A stretch of DNA of 42,344 nucleotides from a virus (IMGVR_UViG_3300050150_000027:1-42344); one strand, 5' to 3'; counted from the first letter of the stretch, positions 18,474 through 27,464 are shown. Numbers and translations are program-made. Notes: generated from the sequence alone by a model not told the origin.

Positions 18474-18756
18474 CTTGTACCTCCCGTTGAAGTGCTGATA
18501 GGTAGTTCACTACTTTAGCGTCTACCTTAAAGTTTTCGCCGTACCCGTAGTTTACGGTCTTAAACGGCATACCTGCCATTTGGTAGGCATCCGCCATGGT
18601 ACGAACTATGCGCAGGTAGTATCGGTATTTCGGGGTTTCGAGAATTGATTTTGACCGAAAATACTGAGAGCCATCCACCGAAAAGTACATACGCTCTGCA
18701 AATTCCTGCAAGTCGTGTGGTTCGTTGAATACGAACAGTATGCGCGGTTTACTCAT
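18457..18756 (-). CDS. Hypothetical protein
   Basis: 99 aa, ATGA-coupled to the polymerase gene; AT-richer than its neighbours. Confidence 0.6.
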   Translation of the reverse strand: MSKPRILFVFNEPHDLQEFAERMYFSVDGSQYFRSKSILETPKYRYYLRIVRTMADAYQMAGMPFKTVNYGYGENFKVDAKVVNYLSALQREVQDEEYV

Positions 18757-20936
18757 TTCCCGTATCTTTCCATTTCGGTGCCTTCGGCCTCGATTGGGCA
18801 GTCAGTTACCCAGTCCTCTTGATCGCAAAGAAGCTGGCATAGTTCCTGCTTAGAACCAAAACCGATCGGTACTTCCGTTACGACTTCATCGTGTACGAGC
18901 ATGATAGCGTGGTATCCTGCGGCCTCGGCCTTTAAACCCCCTACCACCATCATATCCCGTGCGCATTTCTGTACGGCGTTTTCTGTTATCTTGCCGCCGT
19001 ATGTACTCTCTCGGTAGCTTTTCCCGTTCCATTCCTTGCGGAACGTAAGTTGCTCTTTCAGCTTGCCCCACTTAGTAACAAGCTGTACTTTGGGGCGGTA
19101 GTAGTGCAGGCAGCTTCCGCTAGGCAGTTCGCATACCAACCAGTAACGCTCGGTATCCACACCCCAAATATAGAACTTGATACCCGTACCCGCAAGCCCA
19201 AAAACTTGCCCCGGATAAGTAGTGGCCTTTATAGCCGCTTCCTCCATACGCGCCCATAGGCGTACTATTTCCGGGTTGTCTTCGCGCCACGTTTCCACGG
19301 TACGCTTGGCAGTATCGAGGTCGATGATAATATCGGAGTTATCGCAGTACTCCTGAAACTTAGGCCCACCTAGCCCGAACCCGCAACCAAGTTCTGCGCT
19401 CTTGGCGACTTGGCGTTCAAACTTTAAAGGGCCTTTTACTTCCCGTTTGCCATCGACAATCTCGAAGTAGTCGTCGTAGCTTCGGTTATACATAACAGAC
19501 GCGAACTGCACGTACAAGTCTTTTTTATCGCGGAATGCAGATAGTTTTCGGTCCGCTCGGGCGAACCATGCCAATACCCGCGCCTCGATTTGGGCGAAGT
19601 CGGCGGCGACTAGCCTATGGCCCTCGCGGGCGCGAATGAACCCCCGCATGGATTGGCTGAGGGCGCTCAGGGGGCGCATAAACGTCCATCCCGCCAGATC
19701 GGCCCACGGGGCAAGCTGAGCGTCCCCAGCGTCGTCTAGGATCGACAAGGGAGGCCCGCCGTTGTGGCCCATCGGGACGGCGGCTTGCCCCCATACGGGA
19801 TGGTCCAGAAACTCGAACATTCCCTTTTGTACTTTGGCGTTCCCGCGCTTCATATTGCCGGTCTGGATACGCTTGTGCGACCAGCGAGTAGTATGCGCTC
19901 CGCAGTATAAGTGGCCGCCGCGCGCACGGCTATCACTGTCCGTACAGCGAACCATGGTTTCAAGTTTCTTGATTGACGCAAGCGAGCATTCCAGACGTAT
20001 CTGGATTACGTCCTGTAGGTCCGCAGGGAAGTCGGCTGCGACAAGACGCTTTAAAGTCTTGGAACGCAAGTCCCCTAGGTTTTCGATTTCCTCGCGTTGC
20101 TGCAAGTATTCTAGTACACGCTCACGCTGCGTGGGCCGTAGCGCCGTAATCTCTTCAAAGCGATTGATCGCCCGAGCGGTGAAATGGTCGGAAAACTGAA
20201 TGGCCCGTTCGACAGACTGTATATCAATCGGTATTCCGCGTACGTTGAGTGAAAAGTCCCAATCCCACGCCGCTTGTTCAAATGGTGGTAGATCAGGAAG
20301 GACTGCATCAACGTCAGCTTCCGCCTCGCCGTCCGTGAGGCAGTACTCCTTGCCGATGCGCCAGCCTTCCGGGTTCTCGTGCGGCTCGTACCAAAGGTCT
20401 TTAACGATACCATCAGCTTTCCTTCCTTTATACTTACGCGGCTTGCAGAAGTCGTTTATGAACTGCTTTCCGCGTTCATCCTTTCGCGCAACCACCTCAA
20501 GGTCGCTAGCTGTTCCTTCAAGGCCCGCTCTAATGCCGAAATATCGCGCTCTCGCAGCGGTACAGGACCATCGCCGTGGCATTGGCCATCCCCACTGTAG
20601 ATGGCACTTATAGTAGTATACGGCTTGCTCGAAGCGGGCGTTATGCGCAACGAATACGTCGTCCCTTTCGATTGCGTCAAGGATCGCAACTGGACAAGGG
20701 ACTTTAAAGATAGTCCACGCAGGGGAGGGACTTTGCGGGTATACTGACGCGGCATACTTCGGTTCCTCGAAAAAGTCGATCAGTTCAAAAGTAGGCCGTA
20801 CGCCCTTCGGGGCAGTACCATAAGTGAGCATAAGTGGCGCAGTAGACCAGTGGCGCGCGTATGCGTGTTCGCCTACCTTCGGGAGGTCCGCGAGGCTGCG
20901 CGTCTCAAAGTCCAAATGCGTACGTAGTTCGCTCAC
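18753..20936 (-). CDS. polA: DNA polymerase family A (APSE-like) with 3'-5' exonuclease
   Basis: LDFET and AHNARFE exonuclease motifs; ADFAQIEAR (motif A), RQVAKSAELGCGFG (motif B), VHDE (motif C). Confidence 0.93.
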   Translation of the reverse strand: MSELRTHLDFETRSLADLPKVGEHAYARHWSTAPLMLTYGTAPKGVRPTFELIDFFEEPKYAASVYPQSPSPAWTIFKVPCPVAILDAIERDDVFVAHNARFEQAVYYYKCHLQWGWPMPRRWSCTAARARYFGIRAGLEGTASDLEVVARKDERGKQFINDFCKPRKYKGRKADGIVKDLWYEPHENPEGWRIGKEYCLTDGEAEADVDAVLPDLPPFEQAAWDWDFSLNVRGIPIDIQSVERAIQFSDHFTARAINRFEEITALRPTQRERVLEYLQQREEIENLGDLRSKTLKRLVAADFPADLQDVIQIRLECSLASIKKLETMVRCTDSDSRARGGHLYCGAHTTRWSHKRIQTGNMKRGNAKVQKGMFEFLDHPVWGQAAVPMGHNGGPPLSILDDAGDAQLAPWADLAGWTFMRPLSALSQSMRGFIRAREGHRLVAADFAQIEARVLAWFARADRKLSAFRDKKDLYVQFASVMYNRSYDDYFEIVDGKREVKGPLKFERQVAKSAELGCGFGLGGPKFQEYCDNSDIIIDLDTAKRTVETWREDNPEIVRLWARMEEAAIKATTYPGQVFGLAGTGIKFYIWGVDTERYWLVCELPSGSCLHYYRPKVQLVTKWGKLKEQLTFRKEWNGKSYRESTYGGKITENAVQKCARDMMVVGGLKAEAAGYHAIMLVHDEVVTEVPIGFGSKQELCQLLCDQEDWVTDCPIEAEGTEMERYGK

Positions 20937-20952
20937 AGTACTGCCCCTAGGA

Positions 20953-21174
20953 TCAGAACGCGCCGGTAGTCAGGAACGACGCGACAGCCGAGGCAGCGCC
21001 CGCAGCGTCCGCCGCGATGCCTTCGACCGACTGCGCCAGCTTGACAGCCGAGGTGCCCGGATCGAGGAAACGACGGTTGCCGGCCAGTACGAAACCGTTC
21101 GACACCTGCCGCGCCTGCACATCGCGCTGCTCGACAGTACCGGCAATCTGCGCCTGAAAAGTTGCTTCATCCAT
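20953..21174 (-). CDS. Hypothetical protein (73 aa)
   Basis: Start MDEATFQ at 21174 with an AAGGAG RBS; strong codon bias. Confidence 0.65.
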   Translation of the reverse strand: MDEATFQAQIAGTVEQRDVQARQVSNGFVLAGNRRFLDPGTSAVKLAQSVEGIAADAAGAASAVASFLTTGAF

Positions 21175-21268
21175 GGTATTCACTCCTTGCAAGGTTGGTG
21201 GCATACAATACCCATACGGTATGCCAGCGTACCCGGAACAATTACCGGCCTCGGAGACGCGGGATACT

Positions 21269-22039
21269 TTAAAGGAGGTTGACCAGCCCGTTACCACCGC
21301 CGATGGAGCCAAGCCCGCCGGGGCGTACGGCCAGCGCGTCGAACTGCGACTTGGCGTCAGGACGGCCACCACCGCCCATACGCTCGCCGTCCGCGACCTT
21401 CTGGATATTGTTCAGGCGCGACGACACGAACTTGCGGCCCATGTACTCGGTACCAAACAGGATACCGGAAATACGGGCGTAGCAGCCAGCGTACAGTTCC
21501 GTCGAAGGCAGATCAGCCCCGTACACGTCGAGCAAGCCGGGAGCGCCGGAGTACCGGCCCGTGAACTTGTCGTTCTCAAACACGGGCGTAGCCTTCGCCT
21601 TGAAGTTCATGTATACGTGGTTGAACAGGTACTCGCGGCGCTTGGTATTGTGCTCGGGGTTGTCGCCGTCGCGCAAGAACGCTTCGAGGCGGAACCATTG
21701 GTCCTGCGAACACGCCGGTCCCCACGCTTCGTCCCGCGTGGCCGCAGCAAGCTGGCGAAACGGTACGAGGTGCGTATCTTGGTACTGCTTGGGCCATGCC
21801 ATCGTGACTTTAAAGTCGGCTTTGGCTACGCCGGTCTTCTCGTCAATGATCGGCTGCTTGGTCTTGTCGTCGGTCTGTACCTGCGCTTGGTCGTGGTAGC
21901 AGTGTACGATTTTGCCGCCCAGCCATCCGCTCGGGGACATACCTTCGCCGCTGCCGACAGGGCACTGCCATACTGGCGTCTGGAACTCTTTGAAAATCGG
22001 CTTACCGCCGTTGTTCGCGTACAGGCTGGTGATCGTCAT
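21269..22039 (-). CDS. Putative ssDNA-binding protein (DUF2815-like)
   Basis: LRDGD, ELYAGCYAR and LNNIQKVADGERMGG motifs; lies between DUF2800 and PolA; likely start 22039. Confidence 0.8.
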   Translation of the reverse strand: MTITSLYANNGGKPIFKEFQTPVWQCPVGSGEGMSPSGWLGGKIVHCYHDQAQVQTDDKTKQPIIDEKTGVAKADFKVTMAWPKQYQDTHLVPFRQLAAATRDEAWGPACSQDQWFRLEAFLRDGDNPEHNTKRREYLFNHVYMNFKAKATPVFENDKFTGRYSGAPGLLDVYGADLPSTELYAGCYARISGILFGTEYMGRKFVSSRLNNIQKVADGERMGGGGRPDAKSQFDALAVRPGGLGSIGGGNGLVNLL

Positions 22040-22052
22040 AATCGTAATCCCT

Positions 22053-23288
22053 TTAAATGATCGTAACATCTTGTGACGGGGCGGGCATTAAAGAACCAAA
22101 CTCACTGCCCCTTTTGTGAGCCGGGCGTCCGTCGATGGCCTTTTCTAGTGTTAGGCCAGAACTGTGCTCCTTGATATAGTCGCCGACTACGTTGTCGTAT
22201 ATCTGCTTCCACCCACCACGCGGTAAGCTGTTGTGGCGGGCGTACTGCTTGATTACGTTCTCAACGTGCTTGGCGGTACCGAGGAAGCCTAGCAGCTTGT
22301 CTTCGGCTTTGATAGGGAAACCGTGGCTGCTGATCCAGTGCGATACGTCGGGAAACAGCATTACTACCCAGTCGCGCCCCATATGCTCGAATACTGAGTT
22401 AATCAGTTGAAGCGGGCTAGATATGGCGCGGTTGCGGCGACCCTTGACTACCTTGTACCCGTCAATCTTGCGATCCATATTGACGATACGGCGCATGGCT
22501 TCGCTGCGTAGTTCGTTGCGCCAGCCTGAAAGTTCGTCGGAGGCGTCAAGAGCCGTAGACAGCATTTCGTCGCTGATACCCTTAACCTCGCTTGGGTGCC
22601 ATCCAAGCTTTAAATCACGCTGTACGTAATCCATAAATGGCTGGCAGGTACCACGGTGCGGGCAGTACGTTTCCTTACAGTGCTTGCCTGCCTTACACTC
22701 GTCTTCGTTGTCGATTGAGTACTTGATCTCCCTACGTACCCACTCAATGTCCTCGTCAGTGGCATCGTACGAGCGTATAGCCGTCTCAATGTGATCGTAG
22801 TTAGGTTGGTGTACCGTCAGCTTGTACTTCTTGCGGGTACCGAACTTTGCGATTGCGCCAAGCAAGTACAGTAGAAGCTGCGGGTTCATACGGATATGAA
22901 CGGGTACGTAACCGCTCTTTTCATCAATTACTTCGATTTCGCGTTCTGATACGAGAATAATATCTCCGGTACCAAACTCGCCCGTTTCGGGTATGTCAAG
23001 CTGCTGCTCGACGTAAATCTTGACCTTACCCGGCCCGCCCATTTCGGCGACACGCTTTACAACGTACGCGTACAGGTCGCTCATGGCTTCGGCTACGTCG
23101 GGTTCGATGGCTACTGGCAGCGTACCGTACGTAACCATATCCTCCATCTGCTCGTGCCAGTAGTCGCCCTTTAAAGATGCGTCGGTTTCGTCGTTCGGGT
23201 ACATAGGTACGATGAAAGCGGAATAGGGGCATGACAGCCACCGCTTAGCCGCGCTAGGCGCTCTGTTCTTTGCGTGTGCAGTCGCCAT
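22053..23288 (-). CDS. DUF2800-like PD-(D/E)XK (Cas4-like) exonuclease
   Basis: PSAAKRWLSCP, FGTGD...IDEKSG, NPQLLLY and GKHC..YCP...C motifs. Confidence 0.85.
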   Translation of the reverse strand: MATAHAKNRAPSAAKRWLSCPYSAFIVPMYPNDETDASLKGDYWHEQMEDMVTYGTLPVAIEPDVAEAMSDLYAYVVKRVAEMGGPGKVKIYVEQQLDIPETGEFGTGDIILVSEREIEVIDEKSGYVPVHIRMNPQLLLYLLGAIAKFGTRKKYKLTVHQPNYDHIETAIRSYDATDEDIEWVRREIKYSIDNEDECKAGKHCKETYCPHRGTCQPFMDYVQRDLKLGWHPSEVKGISDEMLSTALDASDELSGWRNELRSEAMRRIVNMDRKIDGYKVVKGRRNRAISSPLQLINSVFEHMGRDWVVMLFPDVSHWISSHGFPIKAEDKLLGFLGTAKHVENVIKQYARHNSLPRGGWKQIYDNVVGDYIKEHSSGLTLEKAIDGRPAHKRGSEFGSLMPAPSQDVTII

Positions 23289-23300
23289 GCCCCGTACTCC

Positions 23301-23720
23301 TTACTCTTCTTCGGTCTTCGGCGAAGCGACAAACGCGGCAAACGCGGCGGCACGCTTCAGTACCAATTCGTCGAACGAGTCTGAGTAGCAACCACGCGTT
23401 GCCATATCTAGCGCAAAGCACCGGTCTTCGCGTTCGCGCCAGTCGTTGTCCCTGCGAGCGTTAGCACCGACAGCGTTGTCCTGCTGGAAGTACGTACGCT
23501 CGAACACATCGGCAGGCGACCACGAGATATACCCGCTATGGCGATCGTCGTTCGCCTTGCCGCCGTCGAGGTACTCTACCAAGTACCCCGGTTCCCCGGC
23601 GTCCTCATTCGCGGGAAGCACCCACGTACGATAGTTGTTGTACTCGCCGCGTGTCATAGGCCACGCTTTGAGTTCCTTCATGCCTCGGTATACACCGGAT
23701 GCGCTGTTGTCGAGTTCCAT
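23301..23720 (-). CDS. Conserved phage protein (PMTRGEYN/SWSP domain); candidate anti-defence protein
   Basis: KAWPMTRGEYNNYR...GYLVEY...YISWSPADVFERTY; I recall this domain fused to DUF2829 and Gp49-family domains. Confidence 0.6.
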   Translation of the reverse strand: MELDNSASGVYRGMKELKAWPMTRGEYNNYRTWVLPANEDAGEPGYLVEYLDGGKANDDRHSGYISWSPADVFERTYFQQDNAVGANARRDNDWREREDRCFALDMATRGCYSDSFDELVLKRAAAFAAFVASPKTEEE

Positions 23721-23744
23721 TTAAAGTACTCCCGTACTTGAGGT

Positions 23745-24158
23745 TCAGCCAGCGTCGGCTTCGCGGAAGTCCTGTTCAACTTCGCCGTACGGTCCCGTCT
23801 CAAACACGTACTGCTTGAGCGCGAAGCCCATCAGCGGCCAGATTTGCTGCACGGCGTCGTCGTACGCCAGCTTGCGGCCAAGGATCGGGTCGTAGTTGTC
23901 GGCGCTAGCGGGCGCGGACTTGCCGACGATGGTGAAGCCGTTCTTCATCATTACGAGGCAGATCGTGAGAAGGCCCGCCTTGTCGTGCTGGTCGTCGGTA
24001 TACGGCGTATCCACGCTGACTTCGAGGATTTCCGAGCCTGCGCAATAGAACACCGCTTCGATAGCGTTCGTAATATCGTCCAGCGAGACACGCGGGGCCG
24101 TGCGGCCAGCGGCGCATTCTTCTTCAACGATCAGCAAGCTGTTTGTTCCGTGGGTCAT
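23745..24158 (-). CDS. N4 Gp49 / Sf6 gp66 family protein; candidate nucleotide-signal sponge
   Basis: TAPRVSLDDI...LTICLVMMKNGFTIVGKSA...NYDPILGRKLA...IWPLMGFALK. Confidence 0.8.
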   Translation of the reverse strand: MTHGTNSLLIVEEECAAGRTAPRVSLDDITNAIEAVFYCAGSEILEVSVDTPYTDDQHDKAGLLTICLVMMKNGFTIVGKSAPASADNYDPILGRKLAYDDAVQQIWPLMGFALKQYVFETGPYGEVEQDFREADAG

Positions 24159-24238
24159 TTAAAGTACTCCCGTTTTGTTAGACCCTATGGTATTGGCGGT
24201 ACTGGTAGGGTCAGGGAACCAGTACCGCCAATCTGGTG

Positions 24239-24697
24239 TCAGATAATCGACGAGTTCTGCGGAACACCGCCGCCGGCGAACTGCGCCAGTACGCGCTGGA
24301 AGCGCTGGTAGAGTTCGGTGAACTGGTGCGGCTGCGTCTCGGGAAGGGCATTGATACCCATTGCGCGCATTTCGGTACCGAGTGCGCTCTTGACAGCTTC
24401 GTTCGCAACGTGCGGCTGGATCAGGGCGGTAATCATATCGCCCGTGACGTTCTGCGCCTGCGATGCTTGGTTCGCCGCCTGCTGTGCTGCGGCCTGTGCT
24501 GCGGCCTGAGCGGCAGCGTTCGGATCGACGCCGAGCGACAGCCCGCCGCCGAGCGACAGCCCGCCGCCGAGGCCGGTAGCGGTTGCGCCGGTCTGTGTGC
24601 TTGCCGCGCGGAGGGCCGCGATTTCGTTCTTGAGGGCCGCGATTTCGGCGGTGTGCTGCTGTACGGCAGCGTTCATCTGTTCGAGGATACCGGTCAT
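24239..24697 (-). CDS. Hypothetical protein (coiled coil plus A/Q-rich linker)
   Basis: 152 aa, starts immediately after the primase stop; contains a short tandem duplication encoding GGGLSL. Confidence 0.7.
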   Translation of the reverse strand: MTGILEQMNAAVQQHTAEIAALKNEIAALRAASTQTGATATGLGGGLSLGGGLSLGVDPNAAAQAAAQAAAQQAANQASQAQNVTGDMITALIQPHVANEAVKSALGTEMRAMGINALPETQPHQFTELYQRFQRVLAQFAGGGVPQNSSII

Positions 24698-26914
24698 TTA
24701 AAGCTCCTGTGACATTTTCGGAAGGCTGTACCCGAACTTGTTCTGGATCACTTGTCCTTCGTACTTCATATGTGTAAGGACTTGTGAGATACGCGTACGG
24801 GTAACACTAGGAAGCAGGGACGAAAATTCCTGCTGGTTTATGAACGGGTGGCGCACTAGCAGTTCCAAAATCGCTGTTTGTACGTCTTGACGCACGGCAG
24901 GCAACCAGCCGCCCCGTTCTGCATCAAATGCCATATCAATGTCGAAGTCTCTAGGTACGTCGCGGCCTGATATAAGTAGCTTGCGTACTTCGTTCTCTGC
25001 CTGCACACCTCGCTTGCCTTTGATAGATATTACGCCATCGACAGCGCCGGTAATACCGGTAGTACCTGAAACGTCCTCCATGAAATCGCCGCTTTCGGCG
25101 TTCGCTAGTCCTTTCTTCTCGTGGTGTACCACAATTGTACACACTTCGCGTTCCGACGCGAACCGAGTAATCGGCATCATTTGGTCGTAGTCGCGCTGGT
25201 ATACGTCCCGGTTGTTCGACTGTTCGCGGAAGTGCGCGTACGTGTCAATAATAAAAAGCTTGGTTTTGGGGTACTGGTCGTGGAAGCGTTTTAAAGCGTC
25301 TACCCCCTGTTCGCCTCTCGGGAAAGCGGAGTACGCTCTAGCGGCCTCTTCGGGGTTTGACACGAACGCCTTACCAGTAGTCGGCGAAATATCTACGCCA
25401 CCTGTCCAGTACCTGAAACCAGATAGATCGGGCGGGTTGAGGTCGAAGGTTTGGAGCAGCTTGATACGGCTACGCAAACGGCGTTCGTTGTCCTCTAGGC
25501 CCAAAAACAATACGTCCCCTTCCTCGCACTGCCAGTCTAGGAATTTGCGCCCCCCGACCACCGACAACGCCAATTGAAGCGCTAGGAATGTTTTACGCAT
25601 TTTTGGGCGGGCTGCAAGCAAAAAGTTCCCTGTCGGCAGGACATTTGGGATTACCCATTTCAACTCTTTAAATACGCGCCGTTGCAGATCAGCCATCGAC
25701 GGTACGCGAGTGAAATCGTATTGCTTGGTCGGTCCCGTACTTCCCGGTAGGTCCATAAGCCCTAGGTTAGACGGCGAACCTGCGCCGACCAGTGGGCTGA
25801 ACTCGGTAAGCGGCGCCTTTAAAAGGTCCGATAGTCTGAGGGCTGCGGCGTCCTTGTCGCCATCTGTGCAGAACTCCGCTACTAGTCCGATGGGCATACG
25901 GCGACCTTCGGTCTTGTCGCCTTGGTCCGCAAAGCCAAAATACTTAATACCCAAGGGCCACGGGTGTATTGCCAAGTCTTCTTCGTAGGTTAGACCTAGA
26001 TCGGCACTGGCAACACGGTACCCCTGTTTGTACTCGCGAGCAGTAGGGAATAGTATTGGAACCCATTCTTTAAGCCGGTTCATGGCTTGTTCGTTTAGGC
26101 CCCGGTACTTCTTCTCGTCGTCGGGGTACTCTTGTTTGTGCTTGGCTACGCCTGCTTGCGTATTAGTTTGGCCGGGTCCGAGTAAGTGGGAATATCGTTG
26201 GTTGAACTGGCATATCGAAGCCAACTCCACTCGACTGCAAATATCGGTAGGCGCTTGGTATACTGTGGCCTTGCGGTGAGGCCGGGTAGGGATATTGTCC
26301 CCCTTGCGTGCCCACGTACCGGGCAAGCGCCAGATGCGCGCGGCATTGAAGTTAACAACGTCGATGCTGCACCCGTCGGCTTTAAAGCGAGCGTGTAGAC
26401 ACTTGAGGAACTTAGCAATCTCGTCGCGTACGAACTCATTGTTAGGCTCCTTGATCGCGTACATGAGGTGCCAGCCATTGCCGCTGGAATTTATGACCGG
26501 GCGCGGCCAGCCTTCCAGTTCGAGCATATTGGCTACGGAGTTGGCTACTTTAAAGGCGTTCTCCCGCTCAGCGTCGGTCGAACTGATACCCGCCGGTCGA
26601 TCTGGGTCAACGTCCACGAGTAGCCATCGCCGCTCTAGTACGTCGCCGTCTAGCGTGGTTAGCTGCGCCCATGAACTAATGCGGTTGTACGAACGCGCTG
26701 CTAGATCAGGAACTACGGGATTCGGGGTAAAGTATATCCCCTGATACGAGTCCTGTAAAGCGCATATAGCCGTAGCGGCGTGCGCCGGGTGGTCAAAGTA
26801 CCCCGCGTCAATCCGTCGCTTGCTGGAATGGATAAGCCTAACCTCGAATACTTCACCCGGCTGCACGAATGCAGATAGGGAGCGTTCTAGTTCGCTGTAA
26901 TCATGTTGATGCAC
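24698..26914 (-). CDS. AEP-type primase fused to a RecA-like (AAA_25) helicase
   Basis: LVDVD, SSGNGWH and RIWRLPGT primase motifs; AARPKMRKT, FIIDT and VVHHEKK helicase motifs; likely GTG start at 26914. Confidence 0.85.
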   Translation of the reverse strand: MHQHDYSELERSLSAFVQPGEVFEVRLIHSSKRRIDAGYFDHPAHAATAICALQDSYQGIYFTPNPVVPDLAARSYNRISSWAQLTTLDGDVLERRWLLVDVDPDRPAGISSTDAERENAFKVANSVANMLELEGWPRPVINSSGNGWHLMYAIKEPNNEFVRDEIAKFLKCLHARFKADGCSIDVVNFNAARIWRLPGTWARKGDNIPTRPHRKATVYQAPTDICSRVELASICQFNQRYSHLLGPGQTNTQAGVAKHKQEYPDDEKKYRGLNEQAMNRLKEWVPILFPTAREYKQGYRVASADLGLTYEEDLAIHPWPLGIKYFGFADQGDKTEGRRMPIGLVAEFCTDGDKDAAALRLSDLLKAPLTEFSPLVGAGSPSNLGLMDLPGSTGPTKQYDFTRVPSMADLQRRVFKELKWVIPNVLPTGNFLLAARPKMRKTFLALQLALSVVGGRKFLDWQCEEGDVLFLGLEDNERRLRSRIKLLQTFDLNPPDLSGFRYWTGGVDISPTTGKAFVSNPEEAARAYSAFPRGEQGVDALKRFHDQYPKTKLFIIDTYAHFREQSNNRDVYQRDYDQMMPITRFASEREVCTIVVHHEKKGLANAESGDFMEDVSGTTGITGAVDGVISIKGKRGVQAENEVRKLLISGRDVPRDFDIDMAFDAERGGWLPAVRQDVQTAILELLVRHPFINQQEFSSLLPSVTRTRISQVLTHMKYEGQVIQNKFGYSLPKMSQEL

Positions 26915-26975
26915 CCGACCCCCGCCACACCTTAAAAACCCTAGAGCGTGCCAACGCCCTCTCTTGCCGCGAACT

Positions 26976-27004
26976 CGGTAGACCCCGAAAGGCTCCCGTG
27001 TCAA
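26976..27004 (-). promoter_or_regulatory. Candidate sigma70 promoter for the replication operon
   Basis: TTGACA at 27004-26999 just downstream of a terminator; weak -10. Confidence 0.45.
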
Positions 27005-27039
27005 GCCCTCCGTCTGGCCCGCCTGCGGGGCGCTCAGGC

Positions 27040-27081
27040 GCGAAAAAGGCCGCTAGGGCGGGTGTCCCTAGCGGCCTCTCG
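27040..27081 (-). terminator. Intrinsic terminator ending the early arm
   Basis: 12-bp stem AGGCCGCTAGGG / CCCTAGCGGCCT with a T-run on the minus strand. Confidence 0.75.
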
Positions 27082-27158
27082 TTTGGCCCTTGGCGGGGCC
27101 GGTGTGTCGCTGGCAAGAGCAACAGGCAAGCGCCCATTGCCAGCAAACACCCCCGCCG

Positions 27159-27464
27159 TCAAGATAGCCGCGCGACTTCAAACGAACCATCGGGCTGTAC
27201 AATGCAAGTCCAGCCGTACTCGTACAAGTATATCCGTTCGTCGCGTAGTGTAGTCACCGCAACGGGGAGCATCGGCGGATCGCCAGCGTACCCGAGCGCA
27301 AGGCTTTCGGCATCGCGGGTGAAGCCCTTTAAAGCGTCCCAGCCGCCGCAGTACTTTTCTGCAATCTGTTCGGCAGCGGGGCGGGGATCAATACTTGATA
27401 GGAACGACGGAAGAATGCCAAGTACTTCGGGCGATATGCCGCTATGCGCAAGGAACCAAATCAT
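27159..27464 (-). CDS. Hypothetical protein
   Basis: 101 aa, GGAGTAC RBS. Confidence 0.7.
   Translation of the reverse strand: MIWFLAHSGISPEVLGILPSFLSSIDPRPAAEQIAEKYCGGWDALKGFTRDAESLALGYAGDPPMLPVAVTTLRDERIYLYEYGWTCIVQPDGSFEVARLS

Noticed and set aside
21173-22060. 295-aa plus-strand ORF
   Set aside because: Antisense to the DUF2815-like SSB gene; no motifs.
22053-23288. CRISPR-associated Cas4
   Set aside because: Its context is the standard DUF2800-DUF2815-PolA replication module; there are no other cas genes and no array.
24530-24571. 18-bp tandem repeat as a regulatory element
   Set aside because: It is an in-frame duplication encoding a GGGLSL low-complexity linker.
26915-27004. N-terminal extension of the primase in the ORF track
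   Set aside because: The track's TTG start is the -35 TTGACA; GTG at 26914 has a G-rich RBS and gives a more plausible N-terminus.
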